From Paragordius varius (taxonomy: Eukaryota; Animalia; Nematomorpha): a stretch of 64,000 nucleotides of DNA. The stretch covers positions 1,550,001 to 1,614,000 of the forward strand of contig OZ176060.1 in the NCBI GenBank assembly GCA_964247055.1, given 5' to 3'. The position numbers and the translations under genes were made by a program. Below, piece by piece: positions 13,533-28,040 of the stretch (positions within the stretch are counted from its first letter, which is position 1; every line of letters begins with the position of its first letter). The notes beneath the pieces were generated by a model, which worked only from the letters and a program-made list of their open reading frames with translations, had not been told where the DNA came from and searched no databases.

Positions 13533-15938
13533 CAGTGGTACTCACCAAAAAAATTTGATGGGCCAAATAAAATATATTTTTTTTTCGAGGGCCATGAACT
13601 TTATAATGGCAAATATTCCATAGCTATTTGACACATATGCACATATTTACACTCTAAATCAGAACAATAATTTTTTTTGCGTATCGCATGTAAATCCAGC
13701 TAAAAACTCTTTTGCACCAGTTTAAAAAATTAAAATATTTTGATAACAACATAATTTTTGACAAATTTGGTTTCGCCTCATGACAGGCCAATCATAATAC
13801 GTCGTCCAAATGATAATTGGTTAAGCGATTTCTGTATGTATTCTTGACATACTTCCTTTTTGAATATGTCGTCTCACTCGTAGTTGAGGGAAAAACAATT
13901 AGGATAACTTGAGCACATTTTTTTATATTTTCATATTTATTTGCACATCTTGCCAAAACCACATATCTTTCTTCTCTACGATTCTCCTTGATAGCCTCCA
14001 AATTGGAATCATTTAAAATGTACGAATTCTCTAATGATATGTGCCTAATCAAACCCGAAATGCTCAAGTTGCTTAATATTGGATATATCCATATGCTATG
14101 GATTTTCAATAAGTTATAACCATTTTCAATAGTATCAACTCTTGAAATCTGAATTTCATTTTATTAGATGTTAAATGATTGTCTATTATTCAAATAATCT
14201 CCGCGGTAAATTTCATATTTTCTTCATAAATCGATTTAAGTGTTGGAAAATATAGGAGTGTTTTATTAATAAAATCTTGTTATTATAAATTAATTATTCT
14301 TCAAAATCGAATATTTGATTAGCGAATTGGGTTATTATTTTGGTCTCTTGAAGACTTGTATTAAAATACTAAGTTTGTAAGTAATGTCGCATTAGGTAGG
14401 CTAATAAAATCTACCACTTGTCACTATTAATTTGCTCTTCAGACTTACTGTTATCTTTTATAATTAATAGAATTTCATGTCTTAGGACAAAGTATCTAAT
14501 TAATACTTTGCTAAGGCTTAATCATCTCACAGCGCAAAAGAATATCATCAAACTCATATGGATATCTTTCGGTAGGATTTTATAATGGTTGAATTATCTG
14601 CCACGGATGTGGTTAACTATATCCACAACCGTTTTAATTACTAAATTGAGTTTATCTTTCACACGCGAAACCAAGTTTTGCTGATGAATAAAGCAGTGAA
14701 AGGATAAAATATTTTGCAAATTATTTTGGTTTTTATTTTATTTATTCCAATCATAGAGGGATAGCCATCTGTGCAGATCAAAACCAATTATAGAAATACC
14801 ATTATTATCGAAAAAAGTGTTAATTATTTCGAGAAAATTACTTACTGTCGTGGTATTATTCATTGGTAAAAATTAATATTTATCGTTGATTATGTTGTCG
14901 TTGCAAAATCTTACGAAGAGCGTACATTGAGGTGTTGTACCAATATCAATGCTAAAATCAATAGCATATTAAATTTGCAGTTTTTCAGAGCCAATAATGT
15001 ATTTGACATATCTTCAATGCGTCGAGCACATGTTGCAGAAAGTTGAATTTTTTTAATATGCCTCATGATTTGATTTTTATATGGAATTTATCAAATGAAA
15101 AAGTGCAACCATTTATTAGACATTCTTTTAGTTGGGAATCAGTAAACGGTTTCATATTTTTTCCTAAAATATAACAAATTTCATACGAAGCTAATTATAC
15201 AACTTTTTCCTGGGAGAAAGCTATGGACATAATAGATTTTCTTTTCTGGTATAATTCCTTAATCTTTTTATATTTTTCGTTTTTCCTCATGATTTTCTGG
15301 AAATTTATGAGAAAAATGGATTGTAAAATTCTTTCAATATTGTATTTTTTTATAATTATGTTGTCCTTACATATAAGGTAACAACATTTTTATTTTAAAC
15401 GACAAAGAATTTTTCTTCTCATTCTTTTTTAAAGGGCGATTTTTATCGAATAATTTACGTTTTTTAGCATTAGATGTCATCCTTTGAATTTATGTTTAAA
15501 TATTATGTAAATTTTTTCAAAAATTAGAAATATAATTTGAACTACACCATAAAAAACAAATTGAAATTTAATGATGTTTATTAAAAATATTTTATGGGAG
15601 TTATAAAAAATGAGGCAGTATAGCTATGAAAAGATGTTTTGGGTAAAAGACTTGATTAAATACAAAAAAGGAATGCATTAAAAATTTCAAAATAGAAAAG
15701 AAAATAGAATACAGAAACAATGTGTGCCAAATTTTTGAAATTATTTAAATGTAGGGAAATTTTTCTACATTTCAAATTGGGTAAAAAATAAAAACTACCA
15801 AAAGAAAATATTAAAATTAAAATAATCGAAAATTCGTTTATGGATTAGAAAAATAATGTAATCAATATGGTCATAGGGCAACTTTAAAGCACTCTTAGGG
15901 CCGCATGCGGCCCGCGGGCCGCGGTTTGAGTATCACTG
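13533..15938 (-). mobile_element. Full-length but inactivated hAT (GTF2IRD2/Buster-like) transposon, 2406 bp
   Basis: TIRs CAGTGGTACTCAC / TTTGAGTATCACTG and a perfect 8-bp TSD ATCTAAAC (13525-32, 15939-46). Minus-strand remnants include AIDFSIDI, ICTDGYPSMIG, HCFIHQQNL and KYVKNTYRNRLTNYHL. Confidence 0.92.
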
Positions 15939-16534
15939 ATCTAAACTAACCGGGACTTTCCTCTCATCATTACATGCGGTTTAACTAATTTAACGTGTAT
16001 ACGCTTAAATTTTGTTTAATTTATTTATTTGACTTTATTGCTTATTATCGTAAACTTAAATAACAATGGACTAGGAAGTGTTGGGGATACTTTCTTACTA
16101 AGATAAAATAAATTGTGTGGATCCTCTTTTATAATAAGGTTGTCTCTTTTAAAACTATGTTTTAACTATCATCAAGTTGTTTAACCAAAAGCCCCCAATT
16201 CCTCCTTTATAGATTTTGAATGAAACCCATCCGACAAACAAATCTCATATTAACAGCAACATTCCAATGGATCTCATACATAATGCTTTTCAAGAGCCAA
16301 AATGGCTCTAGATCCATTTATTTGAATTGTTTTTTCCTCTACAATCAAATATATATATTAATAATAAGAAGCAGCCTACTATTTTATTTTTATTAAATTA
16401 ATCCTACTATATTTTTTTTTAATTAATGTAGTTAGCCCTTTATGAATTTTTAACTTAAAATTATTGAATAAAAAATTTTGTAAAAGAGGGCTGATTTTGC
16501 ATAGCGAAATAAATAATTTATTTTAATTTTTTAG

Positions 16535-16851
16535 GCAAGATTATCTTCAAGTTTTGATTAACTTTATGGAAAATCCGGACCAAAATAAGCAGCCAGAACA
16601 ACAGGACAATGAAACTTTACAAGATCTAGTAATGCATGACGTTGATTACTCATTTACGGATAGGCCAATTGGAATGACAAAAGAAGAATATGTTTCTAAT
16701 GCTATATTGTTTTTTGTGGCTGGCTATGAGTCTACCTCTAATGGATTATGTTACATTCTGCATAAATTAGCATGGTATCCTGATGTACAAAAAAAAATGC
16801 GAGAGGAAATCGAAGAAATGTGGCGGAAAAACAACCCAAAAATACCTTTTG
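16535..16851 (+). CDS. Cytochrome P450 (CYP3-clan-like), internal exon with the I-helix
   Basis: Acceptor TTTTAG at 16533-34 and donor GTAATA at 16852. Reads QDYLQVLINF...AILFFVAGYESTSNGLCYILHKLAWYPDVQKKMREEIE (AGxET/S I-helix). Ends in phase 1, matching the exon at 31494. Upstream exons were not found. Confidence 0.92.
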
Positions 16852-18559
16852 GTAATATTTGCAAATAATTTCTTTGAAGAAACATAAAATTATTCTCACA
16901 AACTATAGTATTTGGAATGAAAACTCAAAATAAAAATTTGTTAAAAATCCTTTATAATAAAGCAGAGAAAGGGAAAAGGTGTAGTATCAAAATTTTATTA
17001 AATTTAATGGCTTTATAGAATAGTATTTTTAAGACACACCCGTGTAATGTAAATTATTAAATTGATTAGATTTATTAGTTTCTTTTTATAAATCTAATGA
17101 TTTTAGTTGCTATAATGATTAATCCATGTTTTGCATCTTCTATATTTAATTTTATAATTTATAATTCTATTATTATGTTTTGCTTGTTTATATATATATA
17201 TATATCTGAGAATAAATGTTTCAGCACTCTCATGGTGCATTTGGTGTTGGCTTTACAAGTGAAAAAAGAAACTTATTACCACTTTTGTGGTAATGCCATA
17301 TAAGAAAAGTGCATGCCTAGATTTTATCAATTTTTTAAAAAATTGACTAAAATATATAATGAACTGCAAAAAAGCAATAAAATTTAGCCTCCTAATGTCC
17401 CAAATTTTCTCATCTTCTAAAATGCAAAAGTGCCGAGATCGATAAGAATTTTTAATACATGATAGATGAAAATCTTTTTTGAAAAAATGCATAATTTATT
17501 CAAAAATTTATATGAAACGTATACTTTATACTATTTTGAGGCATTGCGGAAACAGTTTAAAACGCTTTTAAATATCTAACTATAATTCGATGATGTTAAA
17601 TATTTCTATCAAAGACTCATTTGCTTTCAAAATTTGGTGAATTTTCGTGTAATATAAAAATTTATATTTCTCATAAATAGGAAGATAAACGAATAATTTA
17701 AAAATTTTTAGTTTATATTCAAAAAATTTTTATATCAAAAATTAAATTTACAAATTTTTTTTTGAAACTTTTGGAACTGATAATTTAATTTTTTCAATTT
17801 ACATTTCGTTCGCAACAAAAAAAGGTTATAAATTATATATCATGCGATAGCTATCAGGATAATAAATATCGAAATGATGTATGCGGTAGTAACACTAGAA
17901 AAAGTTATTTTAACTTTTTTATTATTATCAATCAAAAGTTTTTATCGCATCAAATAAAATTAAGTATAATAGCACTAGTCGACTAATTTGGACATTTTTG
18001 AGCACCACCACTCAAACTTTTAAATTATGACTAATTTCAGTGTTTTAAAAACGAATTTGAAAAAAATTTTGATCCCGCCAATCAGAATTTTGAAATATTA
18101 TAGGTTTTTCAATTTTTTAAAAACAAGAGAAAATCGAGAAAAAATTAAATATAACTTTATAATAAAATGTTATTATATTATAAACTTAATATCATTTAAT
18201 AAAGCGTTTTAAACTCTATCTTTTGAACATAAATATGTCATTTAAATATCAGAGAGAAAAAAATAGTACGGACTTAAACGTCAAAATTTAGTCTTTTTCT
18301 TTCAATTGAATTTTTAATACGTATAAAAAATTTTAAAAAATTCTAAAAAAGGCATTCGATGGTTTAAACCTTCGGCTTTTAGATAGTATTTTTTTTGTTA
18401 GTTTTCGTTCTTTCGAGTACTTATTAGACTTTTTCTCTTGAGTTGGTTCTTATAAAAAATCCTTTATTTATACCTAGTGGATATACCTTATTTTTTAAGA
18501 TTATTGGTTGTTTTGTATTTTGAATTTCAGATGGATGTTGTGTAGCTACTTTTAATCGA

Positions 18560-18830
18560 ATATATTGTTATGGGGTTGGACCATTTGTATTTACCTAATC
18601 TTTTTTATTCAATTTAATTGTAGAATTTATCTAACTTTATTCTGTGAATTGGTTAATTTGACATGTCAATTTGACTGGTATTTGCTTGCAAGTCTCTCTT
18701 ATCGGACTTTACGATTACTTATTGTTATCTTTGCCACATCTGGCATAATTATAGGATCGCTTGGGGGATATGCAGAGCTTGTGCAGCCGCCCGGATCTAT
18801 CACACTATACATAAGCCCCTTTTAGATTTT
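18560..18830 (-). mobile_element. Probable decayed Gypsy gag zinc-knuckle fragment; homologous to about 40100-40200
   Basis: TTTGCCACATCTGGCATAATTATAGGATCGCTT versus TTTGCCATTCAGGCATAATTATAGGAGCGCTT. The minus strand reads PKRSYNYARCGK. Confidence 0.4.
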
Positions 18831-21800
18831 TAATATTTTGGCTCTTAGCTTGTTTAGTATCTTATTTAATGCCTATAATTTTGTTATTCATGCATGGAAT
18901 AATACTTGTATCGACTAGTTCGTTTGAATATTTAAACATATGTACACGAGGAATGATTGCTATTTTTAAATTAAATACAAATTTAAAAATTAAATTTCGG
19001 AAAAATTTTATTGGTGGCCTCAATTTTCTTTTTTGTTTTGGCCTTTCCATGCCATTAGGTATCAGAAAATGCTAAAATAATGGGATGGTGCAAAACCTTG
19101 TTGAGCTGTGTAGTTGAATTGTCAACCAAATTTTATTTGTTTAAATATGACATACGATTCTAAACAAAAAATATTATCAATAATGATTTTATATTTTTTC
19201 GAAGGGTTATACAAAGACTTACAAAAATATAGGCTAAAAATTGAATTTTGGCATCGAATTTGAATCATAAAAACTTGTTATTCTGCGTTAAATATTTTTT
19301 AAGTAAAACAATCATATATTAACTCTATATATAGAGTGTACCTAATATATCGCCTTCAACAAAAATTTAAGCCTCATATAAAAAGAAATTTTTTTCGATA
19401 ATTTTCACCAAAGCGGAAGATACTTTATCCTTGCCGAAAAAATGATCTATGTCTCAGATTTTTGATTTAGAGACTTCTTTAAACCGAAATTCTTGTTTAT
19501 ATATTTTATTCGGCTTTATAAGCTGCTTTATGCCATAAACATACCGCAAATTTAAAAACTGAGTAGATAGATCTTTTTTCTTGTATCGAATTGTATGAAA
19601 ACCATCATCAAATTACATATAAAAAGTGTTTTATTATATCTAAAAGCGTTTTTATACCGTTTCATGCCTAAAAAATAGTGTTAAGTACGCTTCTAAATTT
19701 TGTAAAAAGTATGCATTTTTAATATTTTTTTATGTCAAAATTTGTGTATTTAATAATTTTATTGTCCAATCCCGGCATTTTTGCGTTTAATTTAAAGGAA
19801 CAGCTCATTTTAGAACTAAAAAATTTAGGATTTTCCGAACTTACATCTAAAAATTAAAAAAAATTAAAAAATAGTTTTGCTTTTTATGGTTAATTTATTA
19901 TATATTCCTAGTGATATTTATGAAGGATTCAGCTTTTACTAAAAATATTTTATCACAATATCACAAAAGCGTAAATAACTTTTATCACTTGTAAGGTCAA
20001 AAAGCACCATTGAATTTCCCTATCAGAATATATGCTTTTTAACAGAATATTTTATCGTGAACGCAGTATAATTAATGTTACAACATTTAATTTTCACAAA
20101 AAATTTAAAAAGGCAAAAAATATTTTTATCTTCTGAGAATATGTTCAGCATGGAATTATGAAAAAAATGTTTTTATTATATTTTGAAATGTTTGTTTTCA
20201 CCATGCTCCGAAATACCATAAAAAACGGTTTATCAAAATTTTGATTAAAATATTTTTCTTTATATTATAATCTATAAAAGAATTCTTATCGCAAAATATG
20301 GGCATTTCTGCGCTATTTTAGAATACTAGGCCATTTTTAGGGGGCCAAAAAATCGAGACTTTTAAAGCCCTTTATCAAATAATAACTTTATACAAATATT
20401 ATAATGCAATCAAAATACAGTGTATAATATAAAGTAATGATATTTTTAAGATCGACGCATTTTTTCACCAAAAATTTAGCATAATGTGAGCAATTTAGCG
20501 ATTTTTAAAAAGCAATTATCACAAAATTGTAAATATTTTTAAGGAACCAAAACTTTTTTAATATCCTGATGCATTTTTTTATCAAATATATTTTTGGAAT
20601 TTTTGCGTTTACTTCATGGAGATGGAATAACATCTTTGTTTTAATATTATTTTATTTTATCTCATTATATCTAAATTAAGAATTATTTTTAAAAACAATT
20701 AAACTAAAATGATTGTTCCACAATATAAGATTCAGGCTTATCTAAACAAATTATGATAACCAAAATTTTTTTTAAAATCACATTAATTATTATCAAATAT
20801 AATTATGAGTAAGATCATTCGATGCTTCAAAACTTTTCGAAATCATATTTATTTTTGAATAATGCGTGTAATTATGGTTTAAGAAAGAGTCCGGTCTATC
20901 CATTAATTTTAAAAATAAGTTTGTTCGTCGCAAAGTTTGTACACTGTAAACTAAACATTACATATGTATGTTTTCGTGGATCCAATTTTTTTACAATTTT
21001 TATGGTGTTTTATTTGTTAATATATAACTTATCAACTGGTTTTTTATGAAAGCTTTTTGTATTTTAATTACAGACAAAATTTAATCCCCATATAATTAAG
21101 TTTCTTTAAATTATAGTTATAGAGTTTTCATTAATTGCTATCTATTTAATAATTTTTAATTGTTAAATAGCAAAAACCTATGTTTTTCGTAATTTTTAGA
21201 AGATTTTTGTTAGGTCCATCCCATATTGCTTTCCTAATAATACGCCGGCTTAGTATTTTTATATTGAGCAAAATATAATAAGTCAAAATTTTGGAAGTTA
21301 CTGTCTCATGAATCAATGAAATTTCATAATCGAAAATCCATTATTTTTATAGGTATTATTTTACAGGGTCTAATTATTATTTAAACCAGGAACAACACGA
21401 ACGAATGATCTCGCGGGTCGCATTTTCGAATCAAAACATTCAAAGTGCCGCATTAGCAAAATATATGGGCAGCAAATATTTTATTAAATTATAAACACAA
21501 GATGAAAAACCACTATTTGTTTTGACAGTTTTTGCTAATTCATTGTCTGTATTCGGAAAGACTTATTGAGAAAATTTGTTGAACATCATTACTTAGATTT
21601 CGTAAAACATTTTATTGAAAATTTCTCTTGAACTGCAAAAATAATGCATGCTCACGGGCCCTGTATTATATATTTACGATTTCATTTTTTAAGGCTTTTT
21701 GAGCGACAATATAATATATAATATTTCTTGAATTTTGGTAATCATTTAGGAATTATAATGTGTGGAATTTAATTCATTATTTACAACTTTTGAGTTGCAT

Positions 21801-24229
21801 ATCTTTTATATAATTATTACATTGAGTATTTTATATATATAATTTATGATAAAGTTATGGATTTCATATTTGACAAAACCAAAATAATTATTCAATATTG
21901 TTTACGAATATTTTCAGAGCCCCCTTTATCACTATAAGTTTTTATGATAATTAAATCCTTTATAACATAATTTGAATTTTATGTTTTGTGATTTATTATT
22001 CTAATATTAGGTGTTTTAATCATTTTTCTAAATCAATTATTTATATATATACAAGTATTTGGCACTAAATAAAAACGTGGTAAGCGGTTTTACCACGAAT
22101 CTATCACATTTAGCCTAAAAAATGTCTTATAACTATATATAAACCATAGTGTGTTCTCGAATGGGTAGAAAAGTATCAGCTATTAGAAACTGAACACATT
22201 AATTATTAAAAAACAAATTGAATGAAAAAGTGTCAGTAAATACTATGCTGTTAAAATATTTGGCCTAATTAAGCCAATTATCGGTTTTATAAAAAGTATT
22301 TATCTAAAAATTATTAATTTAACAAGTAAACAAAATAAATACAAATATATATAACGATGGGGAAGAAGGCTTGATATACCGTTTACCAGAAAAATATCAA
22401 GTCAATCAAATTCCATTAAATGACTTGGTCTTATTATGATATTATATATTTTTTTAGTTTATCCATTTACACCTCAAATTTAATCTCATTTCATATACAC
22501 TTAACTTGATGACCTTTTCACGTTTTTGTAGTTTACAATTTGGAGTTAAATTGTAAATGAATTAGACATAAAAAATATAATTCAAGACTAAGTCATCTAA
22601 TGATTGCGCAAAGATTTAATAATTGTGCTTTCAAAAATAATATATTTTTAAGTATTCTCATATTAAAAAATTTTTTTATCCTGTTTAAATAACTATAATT
22701 AAAAATATTTTATACATTAGGAAAATGTTTTGATTAACCGCGAAATTGTTTGTTTGAAGACGTTCGGATTGACTCGAAAAATGTTTTTTAGTCGAGAAAG
22801 AGCATAAATTAGGAAGAGCTACGAACTTTAAATGTCTGTTGTTAATTTTAAATCTGTAATAAATAAAAAGAGACTATAATATATAATTATGGATTAATGA
22901 GATAAAAAAAATAATGAAATCATAAATTATTGAATCATAGCCATAAGTTATTAACCGTTCTGAGCAAATTCCAATAATTATAGCATAAAGCATATGAAAT
23001 GATTTTAAATTTTGAAAATCTTTTAAACCCGCGCTTTTCGAAAATTCCTTATACACAAATTTAATAGTAAAACGCTGAGAGCTAATATTATTTTTTGAGA
23101 TTTAAGAGTTAATTTTTAATGTTATCTCCTATAAACTTTATATTATTTATATTTCATAATTTTTTAATTAAATTTATATTTAATAAATTATTTAATTAGT
23201 TTTATATTAATATTCGAAATGGTATCGCGTAACAGAATAAGATTAATATTAAAAGTTATCCTTGGTTCCAAAAAATATTTTGCATGCTTTTACATGCGTT
23301 TTAAATGTACCATTAAATTATATTTATTATTAGCATTTTATAATTAAAGATGTTAATATCCAAGGCGATTAACCAATAACTCCTAAACAACCCTTCAATA
23401 TATTTTCTATCTTGGAATACCGCGATGTGCCATATTTAATAATTTTATAATTAACACGCCCATGCCGTAGTTAATAGTTACTTCATCCATTGGAAACCTA
23501 TTAAATATATATTTTCTATTATATAAGTTTTCATAGTTGGGGATTACGGCTTATTCCAATAAAATTGTAGTTTCGAATTGCCCTGTATTAAAAAAATAAT
23601 TCAATTTTAATTACGCAACATTTTATATTTACCTTTATTAGAGTAAATTGTTATTAAAATCTTAAGAAAATTAATTTACTTATATTTTAATATGCGAAAA
23701 TAATATTTTTCTCTATTATCATCGTTCCTAGTTTTATTAATAAAACCAAAAAGAGGAAAAGATTTTTTTTGCTTAAGTTCTGAGATTTTAACATAAACAC
23801 TTTTTAAATTAGGGTATCTAGTGATCTCATAATATATTCGTTTAATATTTTTAAAAACTATTCAAAGAAACGGTTGATATAATACGATTCTATCCTAAAA
23901 AAATTATATAAATAAGCCAATTTATCTAAAAATTTATGTTTACTTCTTGGCTCTTGATGTACATTTATATTTGTAATAAATAACTAATCGAAAATCGACA
24001 ACACTTATATAATTGTAATACTTATATATTTATATATACATATATCTATATAATTTTATATAATATCCTAGTTATTTTTTTGCAAAGCGGGTAGTTTATA
24101 GGGAAGGCAATGGCAAACCATCTTCGATTTTTTATTGCTGAAAAAATATTCCATTGAATGCGGTAATTAAAGTTGGTTGATGGAATCATCGATCCTTGAA
24201 AATCAAACAGATTTAAAGAGAAACGGAGA

Positions 24230-25265
24230 GATTTAACTTAGATATATTGGGTTTAACGTGATGGGATTAGACAAAATCCCAATATAGTTCATATATTCCT
24301 GTAGAAACGTTATTATGATAAAGCATGTGGAAAACATGAGAGTGGTCAAAAGACTGGATATCTTCTGTATTATACAAAAATAATGTACTCCAGTGCGAAA
24401 ACCACCGAAACATAGCTCTTATTAGCCACGCAAGTAAGGTCTTGCTAAAAATAATACAAGACAGGATGCACACTATACAGTCGGAAATACGAAAATCAAG
24501 CCGGATTTATGAAGGAAAAAGTACAAGAGACCATTTATCAAACATGAGAAGAATAATGAAAACACCTAGAGAGTTTCAGAAAGAATTATACATGTGTTTT
24601 ATTGATTACAGACAAGCCTTCGATTCGATAAACTATGACTCCTTGTAGGAAACATTAAAGTTATTAGGGGTATCGTCCACTTAATAAGATGGATTAGCTC
24701 TCTCTATGTAAACAAGAGCGATTATTAGAACATCAGCGGGACACAGAAGAAATACAAAATGGGTAAGACTGTTGCTATCCCCTTATCTGTTTAATATGCG
24801 CACAAAAATGAAAATAGGAAAATTAGAGGGTAAAAATATTGGGTAATAAAACCAATACATTAAGCACTGGAGAAAAGCGTACGATTGTTATAGATGGGGA
24901 TGAAAATAGAAGTATTTAATCAATTAACGTTTTTGGGTGCTATAATTTCCGAGGAGGGCTTTTCTACTAAATCATAAAGTATAAATTAATATTGTAAAGC
25001 AAAAACAAATAAATCCTAAAACAAATATCTTAAAGTTAATTTACAAAAGAATGTTAACATATTTAGGTCATGTCATCCAATGGAATAAAATGTCACAATG
25101 TTCGGAAAGGTAGAAGGATAAATAAAACGCGGCCGACCACAGATGAGGGCAAAACATGTAAAAGAGGAGGCTAAGATGCCATTGAGCGATTCAAATATAG
25201 CGGTAAAAGATAGAAAGAATTTGAAATCAATAGATATCCATAAAGTCGTTTACGACTTAGAAAAA
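24230..25265 (+). mobile_element. RTE/BovB-like LINE reverse transcriptase remnant inside the CYP intron
   Basis: CENHRNIALISHASKVLLKIIQDR...KSTRDHLSNMRRIMKTPREFQKELYMCFIDYRQAFDSIN closely follows RTE/BovB RT motifs. Stops and deletions follow. Confidence 0.88.
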
Positions 25266-25753
25266 CCAACGTTAAAATAAAAGCCAATTATATATTAAAA
25301 CACATCTAACAGAATCAAACAGAAAAGTGGTTTATTTTGCAATATTTTATTAGCTAATTCACACATGTCTTGACTCAATTTTTACCTTAAACTTTTTCCA
25401 CAAATAAGCATTGGTGTATCAGTGTTATATAAGTGATAAATTTTGCAATGATTTCAATATACTCCATGTTTTAGAAAAATTTGATTTGAAACAGACCTGG
25501 GGTCCCTGACCCTTATTTGAATATAGAGGGCTGAAATGAATGTATTGTATCCAAGTGACGGAGAAAAAAATAATTCACAATGCTTCTCTATTTATCTGTG
25601 CGAAATCTTAATAAAAAAATCAAAATATATATTTAAATCAAAGCTAGCTGAGCAATTTGATATATAGCAACTAGCAACTCTACGAAAACACGAATATAGA
25701 CTAAATAGTTTTGGCAAAATTATTTAATTTAATTCGTTTCATTAGATGTTAGT

Positions 25754-26281
25754 CACGAGTGGCCAACACAAATGGCCTCGCGACCGCATTAACAATTTAG
25801 AACGAATTGCCATCAATAATTTTTTTATTAAAATCATGGGACTGAAATATAGTATGCATTTTAATGGTAGCTATTTAACACTATGGGCAATTTGCTACAC
25901 ATTAATGTATTGAAAAAACAACAAAATGTTAAATAAACAATTTTTTCCTTTCTTATATTACTTTGTTTATTTTATTCGATATTTTGTTGTTTTTTCCATA
26001 CACTACTGTTTTGCGAATTGCCCAACTATAGTGTGAAATGTGCAACCATCTAAATGCATACTGCAAAATATTACGAACACGCTATATCTTTATTTTAATA
26101 TTTTTTATTCCACTGGCAGGGAAATATATATTTAGATTTAATATTTAACGGTTTTCGTCTACAATTTTGAATGAATAATAACTTTTACGGTAAGAACACA
26201 GTATTTTTCGAGATCCAATGGCGTAATATGTTGTATAAAATATTAAACGGCCTTACCAACAATTAATTGTGTTAATAAACG

Positions 26282-26318
<37 letters not shown>

Positions 26319-26912
26319 GCACATTAATATTGTTCAATTCACATCATAGTTGGCCAATTGGTAATAACGCGACATGTGGTATCAAACAAATATTGCCATG
26401 GATTATATAAAATACAGTAAAAATTGAAATTATACGGATAAAATGTAAAAATATAAAGATAATTTTTTTTTTCAAAATACAACCATACTTTTTTAGACCT
26501 TGATTAATCTCATAATAAACATTTAATTACAATCGTAAAATACATAATTGTTTGTGTTACCAATTTACATTATACTTTGTAATTTAAAACAATGAGTTAT
26601 ATTTAAAAAAAAGATTAAAAAGTATGGTTGTCTTTTTGAAAAAAATATTTGTCTTTATATTATAACGTTTTGTCCGTATAATATTAATATTTATTGTAAT
26701 GTTGTAAAATAGGAAAAAATGTAATCTCTATTGTGTTTTTTCCATATATTGCATGTTGGCCAAAAATTACATGAATTGACCAACATTAATGCGCATATTA
26801 AAAAATTTTATAAATTAATATAAATTTTATGATTTTACTCATGTTTAAGTACAAGGTGGTATGTTTTGGCTTTTTTTTTACGTGGACTGTAAAAATATGT
26901 TGGACACCCCTG
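25754..26912. mobile_element. Non-autonomous hAT-like element with internal hairpins
   Basis: Ends are CACGAGTGGCCAAC and TTGGACACCCCTG, with inverted arms at about 25850-26065 and 26450-26650. A segment recurs at about 63555-63750. No TSD is visible. Confidence 0.55.
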
Positions 26913-27109
26913 ATATAAATCGGAAAGTATTTGAAATATTTAATTTATATCTATAGTAAATAAATCTTTGTCAAAACTAGGTAGTAAACAGAGCAACTCT
27001 TATTTTATCCAAATTAAATACTTTAAAACTCTTGTTTAAGTAGATAGTTGCATTTAATGATATTCCTTACTTGTTGTATTTATGTATGTTAATTATTTAA
27101 TATATCATT

Positions 27110-28040
27110 TAACTCAAATTCACCTTTGAAATAACTAATTTGCCGACGAACATTTCGAATTCTCGCTTAAGCTTTTAATAATTACTATATGACCATTTCA
27201 GATTCGCGCACGAACATTTTATTTTCTCTTTGAGCACTTAACATTATCATTTGCGCATTTCATATTCACCCTTGAACATTTCATATTTACCATTGAACCA
27301 TTTTCACCCAGGAATTCGATTTCACGGTTAAACATTTAAATCCTTTGACCATTTATGATTAACCTACGAACATTTCAAATTCACCCTTGAACATTTCACA
27401 AATTGTACCATTTAAATTGGCCCAAGACCATGTCGAATTCACCCCCATTTCGATTTTCCGCTAAAACATTTCAAATTTCCCATTGAAGATATCATATTTA
27501 CCATTTGACAATTTCATGTTCGCCCACGAACATTCTGAATTCACCCACGGATATTTCATATTTTGACCATTTCAAGTTCACGCTTGAATATTTATAATTC
27601 GCCCTTGAAAATTTCATTTATAATTTAATTATTTTATTATTGCCCACCAACATTTCATAATGACGCTTAAACATTTTATATTTGCCATTGCATCATTTCT
27701 GGTGCACTGACAAACAATTCGAATTCACCCAAGAACATTTTTTTGGGAATTTCAAATTCGCCCACGAACATTTCATATCCACGCTTAAACATTTTTCATA
27801 TTTGCAATTGCACACTTTCTGAATCGCCCACGAACATTTTATATATCGAGCATTCAGATTCGCCCATGAACATTTCATATTCACGAACGAACATGCACGA
27901 ATATTTCGAATTCACTCTTGAACGCATCATATTTACCATTTGGCTATTTCAGATTCGCCGAGAACATTTTGTTAACCCTTCAACATTTTATATTCACCCT
28001 TAAACATTTGAAATTCATACATTTGAAATTTATCTTAAAA
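27110..28040 (+). repeat. Degenerate ~20-21-bp minisatellite, roughly 40 units (core ATTCRCCC..GAACATTTC)
   Basis: GAACATTT and AATTCACCC/TTCGCCCACG motifs recur throughout. It produces the periodic ORFs 27693-27884 and 27743-28003. Confidence 0.85.

Noticed and set aside
16210-16310. Open frame ILNETHPTNKSHINSNIPMDLIHNAF after a TTTATAG, as an upstream CYP exon
   Set aside because: There is no GT donor before the stop and no P450-like motif.
27693-28003. ORFs with KCSWAN and SPTNI repeats
   Set aside because: They are translations of the minisatellite on both strands.
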